The position numbers and the translations under genes are program-made. The notes beneath the pieces were generated by a model, which saw only the letters and a list, made by a program, of their open reading frames with translations, was not told where the DNA came from and did not search any database. A stretch of DNA of 42,549 nucleotides from a virus (taxonomy: Duplodnaviria; Caudoviricetes), in IMG/VR virus record IMGVR_UViG_3300012940_000014, positions 1-42,549 of that record. One strand, written 5' to 3'. Position 1 is the first letter of the stretch. Every line of letters begins with the position of its first letter. Shown here in pieces: positions 1 to 7,676 of this stretch.

Positions 1-123
1 CAGCGCCGCATCGAGCATCAGCATGACGATGAGCGTTGAGATGCCGTGCTGGCGCCCCTTCAGGATCAGGTTCCAGTACCAGACCATCCGCATCATCGCG
101 GCCTGCACGTCATTCATCACGAA
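1..123. repeat. 123-bp terminal overlap identical to 42427-42549 (circular assembly)
   Basis: Exact match of the first and last 123 nt; the TerL reading frame continues across the join. Confidence 0.97.
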
Positions 124-204
124 TGGGACCGAGCGCCCGTTCTCGTCAATGATCGTGTATAGGCCGCCCGTCAGTCTCTGCTTCGGGGTTCTGATCTTCC
201 CCAT
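1..204 (-). CDS. terL: Terminase large subunit, 5' part (continues at 42549 after removing the overlap)
   Basis: Manual translation from ATG 204 gives MGKIRTPKQRLTGGLYTIIDENGRSVPFVMNDVQ, in frame with ORF 41131..42546; the upstream in-frame stop is at 256-258. Confidence 0.85.
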   Translation of the reverse strand, partial: MGKIRTPKQRLTGGLYTIIDENGRSVPFVMNDVQAAMMRMVWYWNLILKGRQHGISTLIVMLMLDAAL

Positions 205-526
205 CAAAGCCGAGGAAGGATCGGGGAGCGTCTCGGTTTCCTGCAATGAACTTCCTCAGCTCCTCGCTGACGCCGTGCAGCATCTCGCCCTCAACCGGCT
301 GCTTCGGCTTTCCGTAAGCGCGATCCAGGATGATGTTGATGGCTGCGACGCGGGCCTGATCGCTCTCTGACCCAGGCTTTCTAGGCAGCAGGCCTGCAAT
401 GCGCGCCGCTTCCTTGATCGCCGCTGGCGCATAGGGCTGGGCAATGGCCCGTACTTCCTCGGACACCTTGTTTGGCGTCCCCTTCACTCGCCCGCCTGTC
501 TTTGGTGAGCCCTTCGGTTTGGCCAT
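146..526 (-). CDS. terS: Terminase small subunit
   Basis: KTGGRVKGTPNK N-terminal motif and ILDRAYGKP motif; directly upstream of TerL. Confidence 0.85.
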   Translation of the reverse strand: MAKPKGSPKTGGRVKGTPNKVSEEVRAIAQPYAPAAIKEAARIAGLLPRKPGSESDQARVAAINIILDRAYGKPKQPVEGEMLHGVSEELRKFIAGNRDAPRSFLGFDGEDQNPEAETDGRPIHDH

Positions 527-532
527 TCTAGT

Positions 533-763
533 CTAATCTACTTTCCGTTCTTCGGGCCCGCCGCCGGCGCTGGTGCGCTTGGCTTGGCTCCGCCGCCTTT
601 GTGGACGTTGGCGCCGCTCTGGTACGGCTTCACGCCGGCGCCCATCGGCTTCACGCTGGCCTGCGTCGATGTCTGTGGTCCGTTGTGCTTTCCCATCGTC
701 GGCTTCCTTCTGAGCTGCGGCCTTCTCGGCCATGATCTTGTCGAGTGCGTAGGTACGGGCCAT
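533..763 (-). CDS. Hypothetical protein (MARTYALDK...)
   Basis: ATG 763 follows a G-rich SD-like run; overlaps 538..696 in another frame. Confidence 0.35.
   Translation of the reverse strand: MARTYALDKIMAEKAAAQKEADDGKAQRTTDIDAGQREADGRRREAVPERRQRPQRRRSQAKRTSAGGGPEERKVD
538..696 (-). CDS. Small basic low-complexity protein (MGKHNGPQ...)
   Basis: ATG 696 with upstream AAGGA; a competing frame 533..763 is also open. Confidence 0.35.
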   Translation of the reverse strand: MGKHNGPQTSTQASVKPMGAGVKPYQSGANVHKGGGAKPSAPAPAAGPKNGK

Positions 764-783
764 TGCCACCCCCGTGTTGAATT

Positions 784-887
784 GGCGGTGAGCCTCATCC
801 CCCCTGGCGAAAAGAGAAGCCCACCGCCCTCGCGCTGAATGCACGGCATCGCACGCCCCGCGGTGGTCGGCGGCGCACGCTGCCTGC
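784..887 (-). other. Two long RNA hairpins in the late-operon intergenic region
   Basis: 784-828 and 841-887 pair extensively; the A-C mismatches on the plus strand become G-U pairs on the minus strand. Confidence 0.6.
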
Positions 888-896
888 GCGCAAGCT

Positions 897-1049
897 CTAT
901 CGCTGAATCGGCTGTGTCGTGATCGTACGCACCGGCACGTCAACCGAAGCCGGTACGTCGCGCATGGCCCACCACCACCCGATCATCACGGCGCTGAGCA
1001 CCAGGGAGGCAATGAGGATGCGGTCGGGCCACTCAAGGCCGCCGGTCAT
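897..1049 (-). CDS. Small membrane protein (one TM helix)
   Basis: MTGGLEWPDRILIASLVLSAVMIGWWWAM; ATGA overlap with the upstream gene. Confidence 0.6.
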   Translation of the reverse strand: MTGGLEWPDRILIASLVLSAVMIGWWWAMRDVPASVDVPVRTITTQPIQR

Positions 1050-1336
1050 GGTCCGCCGAGTGCGCGGCTTACGTGGGCCGCCCGCTCCGGCGTGATCAGG
1101 TTGGCGTAGATCAGGAACGGGAGGAGGAACGCCAAGGCGAGTTTCCCCCAGGTCATGAGGCCATGCGGCGTCGTAATCGGAGGGGAGCGGAAGTCCCGCT
1201 GGAGACTGTCGAGCTGACCCTGCAAAATCTGGAAGTTGAGGCGGCTCAGCTCGCGCTCTGCCCGCTGCCGCTCCTCCAGTCGTGCCACCCGCTCTGACAG
1301 CGTTTCCCCGGGCCGGTAGTCGCGCTGCCGATCCAT
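1046..1336 (-). CDS. Coiled-coil plus C-terminal TM protein, holin candidate
   Basis: ERVARLEERQ coiled coil then WGKLALAFLLPFLIYA; near the start of the late operon. Confidence 0.55.
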   Translation of the reverse strand: MDRQRDYRPGETLSERVARLEERQRAERELSRLNFQILQGQLDSLQRDFRSPPITTPHGLMTWGKLALAFLLPFLIYANLITPERAAHVSRALGGP

Positions 1337-1461
1337 TAGCCGTTATCATCCTGCCGTCCCTCATCGGGCGCCAGCGCCCAACTCACCAGCATGACGAGGA
1401 CGGCCACGACGCCTACCCAGCATGCCAGCATTGCCGCGAGTGCGGCCACGCGCTCAAGCAC
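1336..1461 (-). CDS. Small membrane protein (one TM helix)
   Basis: GTG 1461 after GGGGG; LAAMLACWVGVVAVLVMLVSWAL; TAATG coupling to the next gene. Confidence 0.5.
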   Translation of the reverse strand: MLERVAALAAMLACWVGVVAVLVMLVSWALAPDEGRQDDNG

Positions 1462-1473
1462 ATCAATGCCCCC

Positions 1474-1512
1474 AAAAGCAAAGCCGCCGGGCGCGTTTGC
1501 GTCCAGCGGCTC
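1474..1512 (-). terminator. Intrinsic terminator just downstream of the late promoter (tR'-like)
   Basis: GAGCCGCUGG...CCGGCGGCUU stem followed by UGCUUUU. Confidence 0.7.
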
Positions 1513-1532
1513 ACAGTTTTTCAACCTACGTA

Positions 1533-1562
1533 TTCATAGGCGCAATCAGTCAGACAAGTCAA
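1533..1562 (-). promoter_or_regulatory. Late promoter candidate (pR'-like)
   Basis: TTGACT (1562-1557), then 17 nt to CTATGA or 18 nt to TATGAA, overlapping the stop of the upstream gene. Confidence 0.6.
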
Positions 1563-2101
1563 TCGGGGCTCGCACGTGCAGGCGGTTGGACGTAGCCGTA
1601 GTGTAACGCCAGTGCGTAGGTTCCCATTTGTACCGTTCGCGCCGCCGCCGCGATCGCCGCCGTCTTGTTGCCGATGAGCAGGATGCGCCGGCCCATCTGC
1701 TCGAGCGATGCTTCCTGCGTTGCTATCGCCAGCAGCACCTCGACCGTGCGCGGCTCACCAACTGCCAGCACGGCGAAGTGTACGTCGCTCACAGCCTCGG
1801 CGCGCCGCTCCTCCGGACAGAGCAGATCGGTGGCAAGTTGGGACAGTGGTGTACCAGAGCCGCCCGCCTCAGCACCGTAACGCGACAGCAGCACGCCAGA
1901 CGCGTTGGCGGTGGCGAGGGCGCGCTCGAACTTGCGAAACGCGGCCACGCCCTCCTGCCTCAGCCTGCCGTCGCGGCTCATCGCCTCGATGACGTCGACC
2001 ATGCGAAACGCCTGCCGGCGCCGCGTCTGGTCGACAATCGGCACGTCAACACCCGTTGCCTTCGCTACGCGCTCCGGCGTCGGTCCTACGTTCAAGCTCA
2101 T
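1559..2101 (-). CDS. Putative late-gene regulator (Q-like position; DUF6456-like)
   Basis: Last gene of the replication operon, immediately before a promoter-terminator pair; PTPER N-terminus and C-terminal HTH-like segment ending LALHYG. Confidence 0.55.
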   Translation of the reverse strand: MSLNVGPTPERVAKATGVDVPIVDQTRRRQAFRMVDVIEAMSRDGRLRQEGVAAFRKFERALATANASGVLLSRYGAEAGGSGTPLSQLATDLLCPEERRAEAVSDVHFAVLAVGEPRTVEVLLAIATQEASLEQMGRRILLIGNKTAAIAAAARTVQMGTYALALHYGYVQPPARASPD

Positions 2102-2145
2102 GACAAACCCCCGTCTAGCCTGTTGCGAGTGACGTTATGCCGGCC

Positions 2146-2517
2146 TCAATGGGTCGGCGCAGATGCATTCCAGGCGTCGTCCTCAATGTCGGTCTGCTTC
2201 GGCTTGCGGCCACGCTTGGGCTTGCTCGTGGTGGCCGCGCTGACGGCCGACTCGCCGAGGGGAGTGTCTGCGAGGATGCCCAGGGCGGCACGCACCTGGT
2301 CCAGCTCCTCCTCGTTGAGCCGCCTGTCGGCGCGCTCCAGCTCATCCATCAGCAGCTCCTTGGCTGCCTTGCGGATGTTGCCCTTGCGCAGGCCGAGCTT
2401 CTCCGCCGCATCGGCGATGTGCTCGGCAACGTCGTCGTCGATTTCCTTTTTCTTCTTGAACTGCTCGGCGACGTACTCGCAGACGGCTTTCAGCTTGGCC
2501 TTATCGTCCTGGTTCAT
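2146..2517 (-). CDS. gapR: GapR-like (DUF2312) DNA-binding protein
   Basis: KKEIDDDV...IRKAA...ERAD...EEELDQVRAALGILADTPLG follows the DUF2312 pattern, though divergent. Confidence 0.65.
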   Translation of the reverse strand: MNQDDKAKLKAVCEYVAEQFKKKKEIDDDVAEHIADAAEKLGLRKGNIRKAAKELLMDELERADRRLNEEELDQVRAALGILADTPLGESAVSAATTSKPKRGRKPKQTDIEDDAWNASAPTH

Positions 2518-2539
2518 TGACGCATACTCCGTTGGGGTT

Positions 2540-2689
2540 GTGTGCCGTCTCTCCGAGCTGTCACGCCCATATGGCTTTGACGTTCAGCCGCCCTGTCCGC
2601 CCAAGGCCAGCCGCTTGCCGGCGTAGATACCCGCCCCCATCGCGGTTCTGGTTCAAGGTCAGGGGGCTCTACCGGGTCGCGCTTGGGAT
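2540..2689 (-). ncRNA. Candidate structured RNA between genes
   Basis: Nested pairings CCCAAG/CUUGGG, GUAGA/UCUAC and GCCCCC/GGGGGC, then a GGCU/AGCC hairpin and a 3' GUGACAGCUCGGAGAGACGGCAC element. Confidence 0.5.
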
Positions 2690-3058
2690 TCAGTCGCTGA
2701 CGCCGATGCCCTTGTAGGCGTCGTACTTCGCTTGCCCTTCCTCCACCTCGGACACCTCAGGCACACTCACTGGCGCGCCTGGGATGATGTGCTGCTGCAT
2801 GGGGATTGCCGGGGGCACCGGCGTGAAGTCGACGTAGTACGTCTCGCCCGGGTTGAGCTGCCCGAGCAATGCTGGGTTGGCTACCTCGATGCGGAAGTCC
2901 GCCGAGGGCGAGAACTTGGCGTAGGTGTTATCCTCGTCCAATCCGTCAGGCCGATACGCCTTGGCGGCAACGGCCGCGAACCGCAACCTTTCCCCGTCCT
3001 TGTGCCGCTCGACTGATAGCAGATCCACTTTCGCACGCATCTTTGCACTCATCGTCAC
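2690..3058 (-). CDS. Conserved phage hypothetical protein
   Basis: MRAKV...DEDNTYAKFSPSA...NP...PGETYYVDFTP pattern; GTGA overlap with the helicase stop. Confidence 0.8.
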   Translation of the reverse strand: MTMSAKMRAKVDLLSVERHKDGERLRFAAVAAKAYRPDGLDEDNTYAKFSPSADFRIEVANPALLGQLNPGETYYVDFTPVPPAIPMQQHIIPGAPVSVPEVSEVEEGQAKYDAYKGIGVSD

Positions 3059-4776
3059 TGCTCCTTTTTGAAAAGATCGTAGCCAAGTCCCTTCACCGCG
3101 AACTGGTTGAGCGCGCGGTTCAGCTCGAGTTTGGCCAGCGTCGGCCGGCCCATGGTTTCGTGGTCTTTCACCTTGTCGATGTGCAGCCAGGTCGGGCCGT
3201 CGATGTCACGCCATACGCACCAGCCGATGTCGGCCTTGCCACCCCAGTGGCGGCTATCCTCGCCATCGTTGAGCGTCAGGATGCTGCCCTTGCTCAACCG
3301 CTTCTCTGCGCTCGCCTTCGAGACGTGCCCGGCGATGATGCCGAGAGCCTGGTAGTCGTCGCACAGATCTTTGAACTCCATCATGAAGTCGCCGATGTAG
3401 TCGGTGCGCGACTTCCCATCCGGCACGTTGAGGCGCAGCTCGTTGAAGGGGTCGATGGCAATCACCTTCACGCCATAGACGCGCATGGCGTACTCGGCGC
3501 GATCGAGGAACGTGTCCGTGTCGAACACCTTGCGCTTGGCGCGCTGCATGAACACGAACCCGCGATCAATCTCCTCGTCGGCGGCGGCGATCTCTTCGGC
3601 CGTCCACGGCCTGTCAGGTATCGAGGCGCGGCCGATGAGGTTGCGGCGGAAGTCGCGCTGATACCTCGGCTTGATACGCTCCTCGAAGCTCGTGAGCGCT
3701 GCCGGCCAGCCGTGCATCTGCCAGAGCGAGCAAAGCAACTGCCGCAGCAGCACGCTCTTGCCTGAGCCGTACGGCCCTAACAGCACCATCAGCGCCGGAA
3801 GCGTGATGCGCATGCCGTGGCTGTCCAGTTCCGAGATGCCCAGACGGTAGCGTGGCTCTTCGCCCTGGTCGGGCACATCGCTCATGCGGCAGACCTCATC
3901 GGTCCACATCGGCTTGGCGTTGGTGATCAGCTCGCGGATGATCTCGCAGCCCTTCACCGGCCCGTGCACTATCGTCTGGTCGTTGAGGTCTTTCGTGCCC
4001 GCCGGATACTCCACCCAGCGGCACTTCTCGTCGCCCAGGCGGATCGCCAGCGCGTCGCGGCACTGGATGCCCTTCGCGTCGCCGTCGGTTGCAATCACGA
4101 AGCGCTGGAACTTGGCGATGTCGGGCAGCAGCTCGTCAGAGCCTGGCCGGTACAGGAACTCGAAGCCTCGCTCCCCGGTCTGCGCTCCGTTGGGCAGCGA
4201 TACCACCCGCGAGTAACCGGCCTGAACCCCTATGCAGCCATCGAACTCGCCCTCGACGAAGATCAGCTCCTCATCCGGGGCCGGGTCTTCCGCGAGGCAA
4301 TCGACGTTCCAGAGGATGAGCGGCCGGCCGGCTGTCGTCCAAGGCATGTCGCCCTTGCCGCGCCGCACCTTCGTGTTGTGCACGGCTCCCTTGGCGCGGT
4401 AGTCGAACGCTATCGCCTTCCCGTGACTGTGCACGCCGAGCTTGGCGCACAAGATCGGGTCTAACCCGCGCTCCTTCAGGCGCTTTGCGTGCTCGGATGA
4501 AATCGCCCTCGGCGCAGCATCCGCCCTTCCAGCCGCAGTTGTTGCAGACCCAGACGGCGAACAGCTTTCGCTCTCCGTTGGCGTAGTCCTCTTTGACGTC
4601 GACGGCGAGCTTTCGCACGGTCCAGCGGCCCTTGACCTTTCGCGGGATGTTGTGGGCGTGCTTGGCGTGCTTCGCGCAGTTGGGGCAGCCGGTGTAACAC
4701 CGCCCCGGCCGGTCGGAATCGAGGTCGATTCCATGCTCCCGGCGTAGTCGTCCGATGAGGTCCTGTCCCATGCCAT
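3055..4776 (-). CDS. Toprim primase / SF4 helicase (T7 gp4/Twinkle-like) lacking an in-frame zinc finger; start uncertain
   Basis: Toprim motifs FVEGEFD and ATDGDAKG; Walker A GPYGSGKS; IAIDPFN Walker B; the first ~90 codons are S/T/P-rich. Confidence 0.88.
   Translation of the reverse strand: MAWDRTSSDDYAGSMESTSIPTGRGGVTPAAPTARSTPSTPTTSRERSRAAGPCESSPSTSKRTTPTESESCSPSGSATTAAGRADAAPRAISSEHAKRLKERGLDPILCAKLGVHSHGKAIAFDYRAKGAVHNTKVRRGKGDMPWTTAGRPLILWNVDCLAEDPAPDEELIFVEGEFDGCIGVQAGYSRVVSLPNGAQTGERGFEFLYRPGSDELLPDIAKFQRFVIATDGDAKGIQCRDALAIRLGDEKCRWVEYPAGTKDLNDQTIVHGPVKGCEIIRELITNAKPMWTDEVCRMSDVPDQGEEPRYRLGISELDSHGMRITLPALMVLLGPYGSGKSVLLRQLLCSLWQMHGWPAALTSFEERIKPRYQRDFRRNLIGRASIPDRPWTAEEIAAADEEIDRGFVFMQRAKRKVFDTDTFLDRAEYAMRVYGVKVIAIDPFNELRLNVPDGKSRTDYIGDFMMEFKDLCDDYQALGIIAGHVSKASAEKRLSKGSILTLNDGEDSRHWGGKADIGWCVWRDIDGPTWLHIDKVKDHETMGRPTLAKLELNRALNQFAVKGLGYDLFKKEQ
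4271..4771 (-). CDS. Primase-type zinc-binding domain protein in an alternative frame
   Basis: CPNC...CNNCGWKG; own GAGG SD 6 nt before ATG 4771. Confidence 0.75.
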   Translation of the reverse strand: MGQDLIGRLRREHGIDLDSDRPGRCYTGCPNCAKHAKHAHNIPRKVKGRWTVRKLAVDVKEDYANGERKLFAVWVCNNCGWKGGCCAEGDFIRARKAPEGARVRPDLVRQARRAQSREGDSVRLPRQGSRAQHEGAARQGRHALDDSRPAAHPLERRLPRGRPGPG

Positions 4777-4779
4777 GCC

Positions 4780-5556
4780 TCAGCCTCCGAACCGGCTGAT
4801 GCCGTGGCTGGCATGTGGGTTGGCACAGCGCTGCCGCCTCTCGCGCTGGATGTCCTCGCAGATCAACTGCAGCAGCCTGGCCGGCTTGTTCACCGCTCCG
4901 CCGTCGAGCGTTCTGGACTTCAACCGGCCTACTGCCTGTTCGACGATTGTCTCCCCGAAGTCGCCGGCTAGGCTTGCGATGATCTTTCCGGCATGGGCTG
5001 CTGTGAGCGTCTGGCTTGCCGGCACGGCCTGCAGTCTGGATGCCAACTGGCCCAGCAATTCATCCCTGGCGGGCGCTGCTACCTCTCGGCTTGGTGGAAC
5101 AGTAGTTGTTCTAGGTGACTCCCTCTCCTCCTCTCGACTCACTACTGACGGTTCAGAGCTAGCGGTTAGACTCTTTGCTACCGCATCCATTTGCGGTTTG
5201 GTCAAAGCCGCATCCATTTGCGGTTTAGACAAGGCCGCAGATTGCGGCTTAGGCTTCGGCCCCCTAGGCCGCAGATTGCGGCTTAGGCTTTGGATGCTGA
5301 GCCGGTAGTGATCGGTCGACCGGTTGCCAGTTTTTGAGTGCCGGCGCTCGCGTGAAATCAACCCCATCGCTTCCAGCTTTTTGAGGCCACGTTGGACGGT
5401 GTCAACGCTGCATTCCGCCATCTCGGCAAGCGTTGCCTGCGCCGGGTAGCAGCACCCATGCTCGTCCGCGAAGTCAGCCAGAGCGATCAGAATGAGCTTG
5501 CGTTTCGCTTCGCCTACACGCTGCTCCAGCGCCCATGTCATGGCCCGCACGCTCAT
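4780..5556 (-). CDS. Replication initiator (N-terminal HTH_36-type winged helix, lambda O-like)
   Basis: MSVRAMTWA...KLILIALADFADEHG.CYPAQATLAEMAECSVDTVQR; internal iterons. Confidence 0.88.
   Translation of the reverse strand: MSVRAMTWALEQRVGEAKRKLILIALADFADEHGCCYPAQATLAEMAECSVDTVQRGLKKLEAMGLISRERRHSKTGNRSTDHYRLSIQSLSRNLRPRGPKPKPQSAALSKPQMDAALTKPQMDAVAKSLTASSEPSVVSREEERESPRTTTVPPSREVAAPARDELLGQLASRLQAVPASQTLTAAHAGKIIASLAGDFGETIVEQAVGRLKSRTLDGGAVNKPARLLQLICEDIQRERRQRCANPHASHGISRFGG
5181..5290. repeat. Replication-origin iterons inside the initiator gene
   Basis: CCGCATCCATTTGCGGTTT at 5181 and 5208; AGGCCGCAGATTGCGGCTTAGGCTT at 5232 and 5266; all contain the palindrome CCGCA-Nx-TGCGG. Confidence 0.8.
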
Positions 5557-5978
5557 GCTGCGCCTCCCGTCTGGGTGTAGGCGCGCTTGGCATGCTGCTG
5601 GCAGTAAGGCCGGCAGACGGTGCGGCGACCGCAGAAGCGGAACGCGGGCGAGCGCGGGTCACCCTCCGGCCAACGGCAGTCATCCGGCCCCAACTCCAGC
5701 AACGTCTTCGGATTGGCAGGCTCATCGGGCGAGGCGCACGCATGTGCCATCTTGCGGCGCACTGCCGGCTTCACGCGCTTCTTCGTGTTCACGGTGCCGC
5801 TGTGCGACGTCGCATTCTTGAGGCGATGAATCTTGCCAGCGACGGAACCGCGACTGACACCGAGAGCCTCCGCAATCTTTGGTCCGCTCACCCCTGCGGA
5901 CCACATCTCGCGTAGCGCTGCGAGCCGTTCATCCGTCCACTCATTGACGAGTGCGTGCTGTTTGTTTATTGGGGACAT
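5553..5978 (-). CDS. gcrA: GcrA cell-cycle regulator homolog
   Basis: WTDERLAALREMWSAG.S...IAEALGVSRGSVAGKIHRL and LLEL...CRWP.GDP...FRFCG...PYC..H...AY. Confidence 0.93.
   Translation of the reverse strand: MSPINKQHALVNEWTDERLAALREMWSAGVSGPKIAEALGVSRGSVAGKIHRLKNATSHSGTVNTKKRVKPAVRRKMAHACASPDEPANPKTLLELGPDDCRWPEGDPRSPAFRFCGRRTVCRPYCQQHAKRAYTQTGGAA
5944..5972 (+). promoter_or_regulatory. Antisense promoter candidate inside the 5' end of gcrA
   Basis: TTGACG-N17-TATTGG. Confidence 0.4.
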
Positions 5979-6014
5979 ACGCGATTACCCTTCATGGTTT
6001 GGACTCGACACTCG

Positions 6015-6047
6015 CCGCCCGGCTACGCACCGGGCGGTTTTTCGTTT
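6015..6047 (+). terminator. Intrinsic terminator oriented antisense to the surrounding operon
   Basis: CCGCCCGG-7nt-CCGGGCGG followed by TTTTTCGTTT on the plus strand. Confidence 0.75.
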
Positions 6048-7219
6048 CAGGCTGTCTCTGGTTGTGCAGCAGGGACGAATGGCAGATAGCCCAGGTAGTG
6101 CTTCTCCATGCCGCCTCCGCTCTCGATGTCCGCAATCACCATCCCCTTGTTGCGGGCAGCGATCCTGCGGAAGCCTTCGAGCGGAATGGGCGTGTCGTTG
6201 TGGCGGCGGCAAATCTCGGCGTAGAGGTCGTACCACTCACGTTCGAGCAGCGAGCCGGCCGGTGATGGTTTGGCGCACTCGCGAAAGAACCACTCGCAGA
6301 GCTGCCGGGCGCGCGTCAGCTCGAACACAGACGCCTCAGGACGGCGATTGATTGCCTCGGGGCTGTAGAGCTGCGCGGGAGGAAGATTGGCGCCAGCGAC
6401 GCTCTCTGAGGCGTCACGGCTACGCAATGAGATGCCGAGCACGCTGAATCCGAAGTGCCACATCAGCCCGGCACCGATCTCAAGCACGATGGGCGTGGAC
6501 GCGGGCAGCCAGATTTGAATCTTGTCGCGCGAGGCCCCGGTGACGTCGTGCAGCAAGTCTGCCTGAGGGTCTGACGACGCCATGACGGGCTGAGCCGTCG
6601 CGATCTGCGTATCGAGCGCCGCCACCTCGTTGCCGAGCTTTTCGGCCGCACGCCCCGCCATCAGCTCGCTTTCCAGCGCCTTGTAGGCATCGCAGTACGC
6701 GCGCGACGCGGCGCGGGTGACATCCACACAGCCGTCTGTCGCCTTCCATGCCCGCTGATTGCGCTGCGCCTCCAGCAACGGTTCTACGGCCTCTGGCGGG
6801 CGATGTGGCGGAATGCCTGCGAGCTGTGCGCGGAGCCGCTCACGATGCTCTCTGAGGGCAAGAGACACCTGCGCGCCCTGCTCGCGGTCGGCTACTGTCT
6901 CAAGGCGCGACGTCGCAATGACGCCAGCGCCAGTCGTCAGGTTGTAGCCGATGAAGGCTACCCAGGTGATGGCAACTGCGATCGTGCTGGCTGATGGGCG
7001 GCGGAAGCCGAACACGGTTGGCCGCCACGTCTCGACGACGAGGGCCGGCATCACCGCAATCACCCACGGAATGACGGCAGCAGCGATGCCGAAAGCAATC
7101 TTGTCCACCTCATCGTGCCCGAACTTATAGGCGCCGCGGAACAGGATGAGGCTGTTGATGCCGAGGAACACGGCACCACAGGCGAGACAGAAATAGCCAA
7201 CGATCGCGCGAAACGTCAT
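6047..7219 (-). CDS. Multi-pass membrane protein with coiled coil and C-terminal winged-helix-like domain
   Basis: Three N-terminal hydrophobic segments, a helical region with a Cys pair, a fourth TM, then LYAEICRRHNDTPIPLEGFRR; ATG 7219 after GGAGG. Confidence 0.75.
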   Translation of the reverse strand: MTFRAIVGYFCLACGAVFLGINSLILFRGAYKFGHDEVDKIAFGIAAAVIPWVIAVMPALVVETWRPTVFGFRRPSASTIAVAITWVAFIGYNLTTGAGVIATSRLETVADREQGAQVSLALREHRERLRAQLAGIPPHRPPEAVEPLLEAQRNQRAWKATDGCVDVTRAASRAYCDAYKALESELMAGRAAEKLGNEVAALDTQIATAQPVMASSDPQADLLHDVTGASRDKIQIWLPASTPIVLEIGAGLMWHFGFSVLGISLRSRDASESVAGANLPPAQLYSPEAINRRPEASVFELTRARQLCEWFFRECAKPSPAGSLLEREWYDLYAEICRRHNDTPIPLEGFRRIAARNKGMVIADIESGGGMEKHYLGYLPFVPAAQPETA

Positions 7220-7235
7220 GCCGCCGCCTCCAGGC

Positions 7236-7676
7236 TTACGCAGCCTTGCGGCGCTTGAGGCGATAGCGGCGAAGCTCGTTGGCGTGCTTCTTTGCACCCT
7301 CCGACATGGCAAGCAGCTCAGCCTCTTTGGCTTCCAGCTCCTCGTCGGTGAGATCATCGATGGCGACGATCACCGGCTTGTCTTTGCGCTTCACGAGGTA
7401 GGCGCGCTGCAAATGCTCGTACCCCGGCAGCACAAGCTGCGGGTCGCCCTTGGTGCTCAGCTTGCAGTCGTAGAATTTGAGTGCCTTGCCGACGCTGTCG
7501 CGCACGAACTGGCTGGCGCAGAAGAAATGGAACTCGCTGTCTTCGCCCTTGATCTGCTTGTGCGCGCCGCAGATCTCCATCGTGATCCACGCAGGGTCGA
7601 CCACGCCGTTGCGCTCGATCTTCGAATCGATCAGTGCGCGAATTTCTGTCGTCAGATCGCTACCGCTGTACGCCAT
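7236..7676 (-). CDS. Hypothetical protein
   Basis: Tiles the operon with coding-like composition. Confidence 0.8.
   Translation of the reverse strand: MAYSGSDLTTEIRALIDSKIERNGVVDPAWITMEICGAHKQIKGEDSEFHFFCASQFVRDSVGKALKFYDCKLSTKGDPQLVLPGYEHLQRAYLVKRKDKPVIVAIDDLTDEELEAKEAELLAMSEGAKKHANELRRYRLKRRKAA

Noticed and set aside
1-123. Biological direct terminal repeat
   Set aside because: It falls inside terL and the frame reads through the join; this is the expected signature of a circular assembly overlap.
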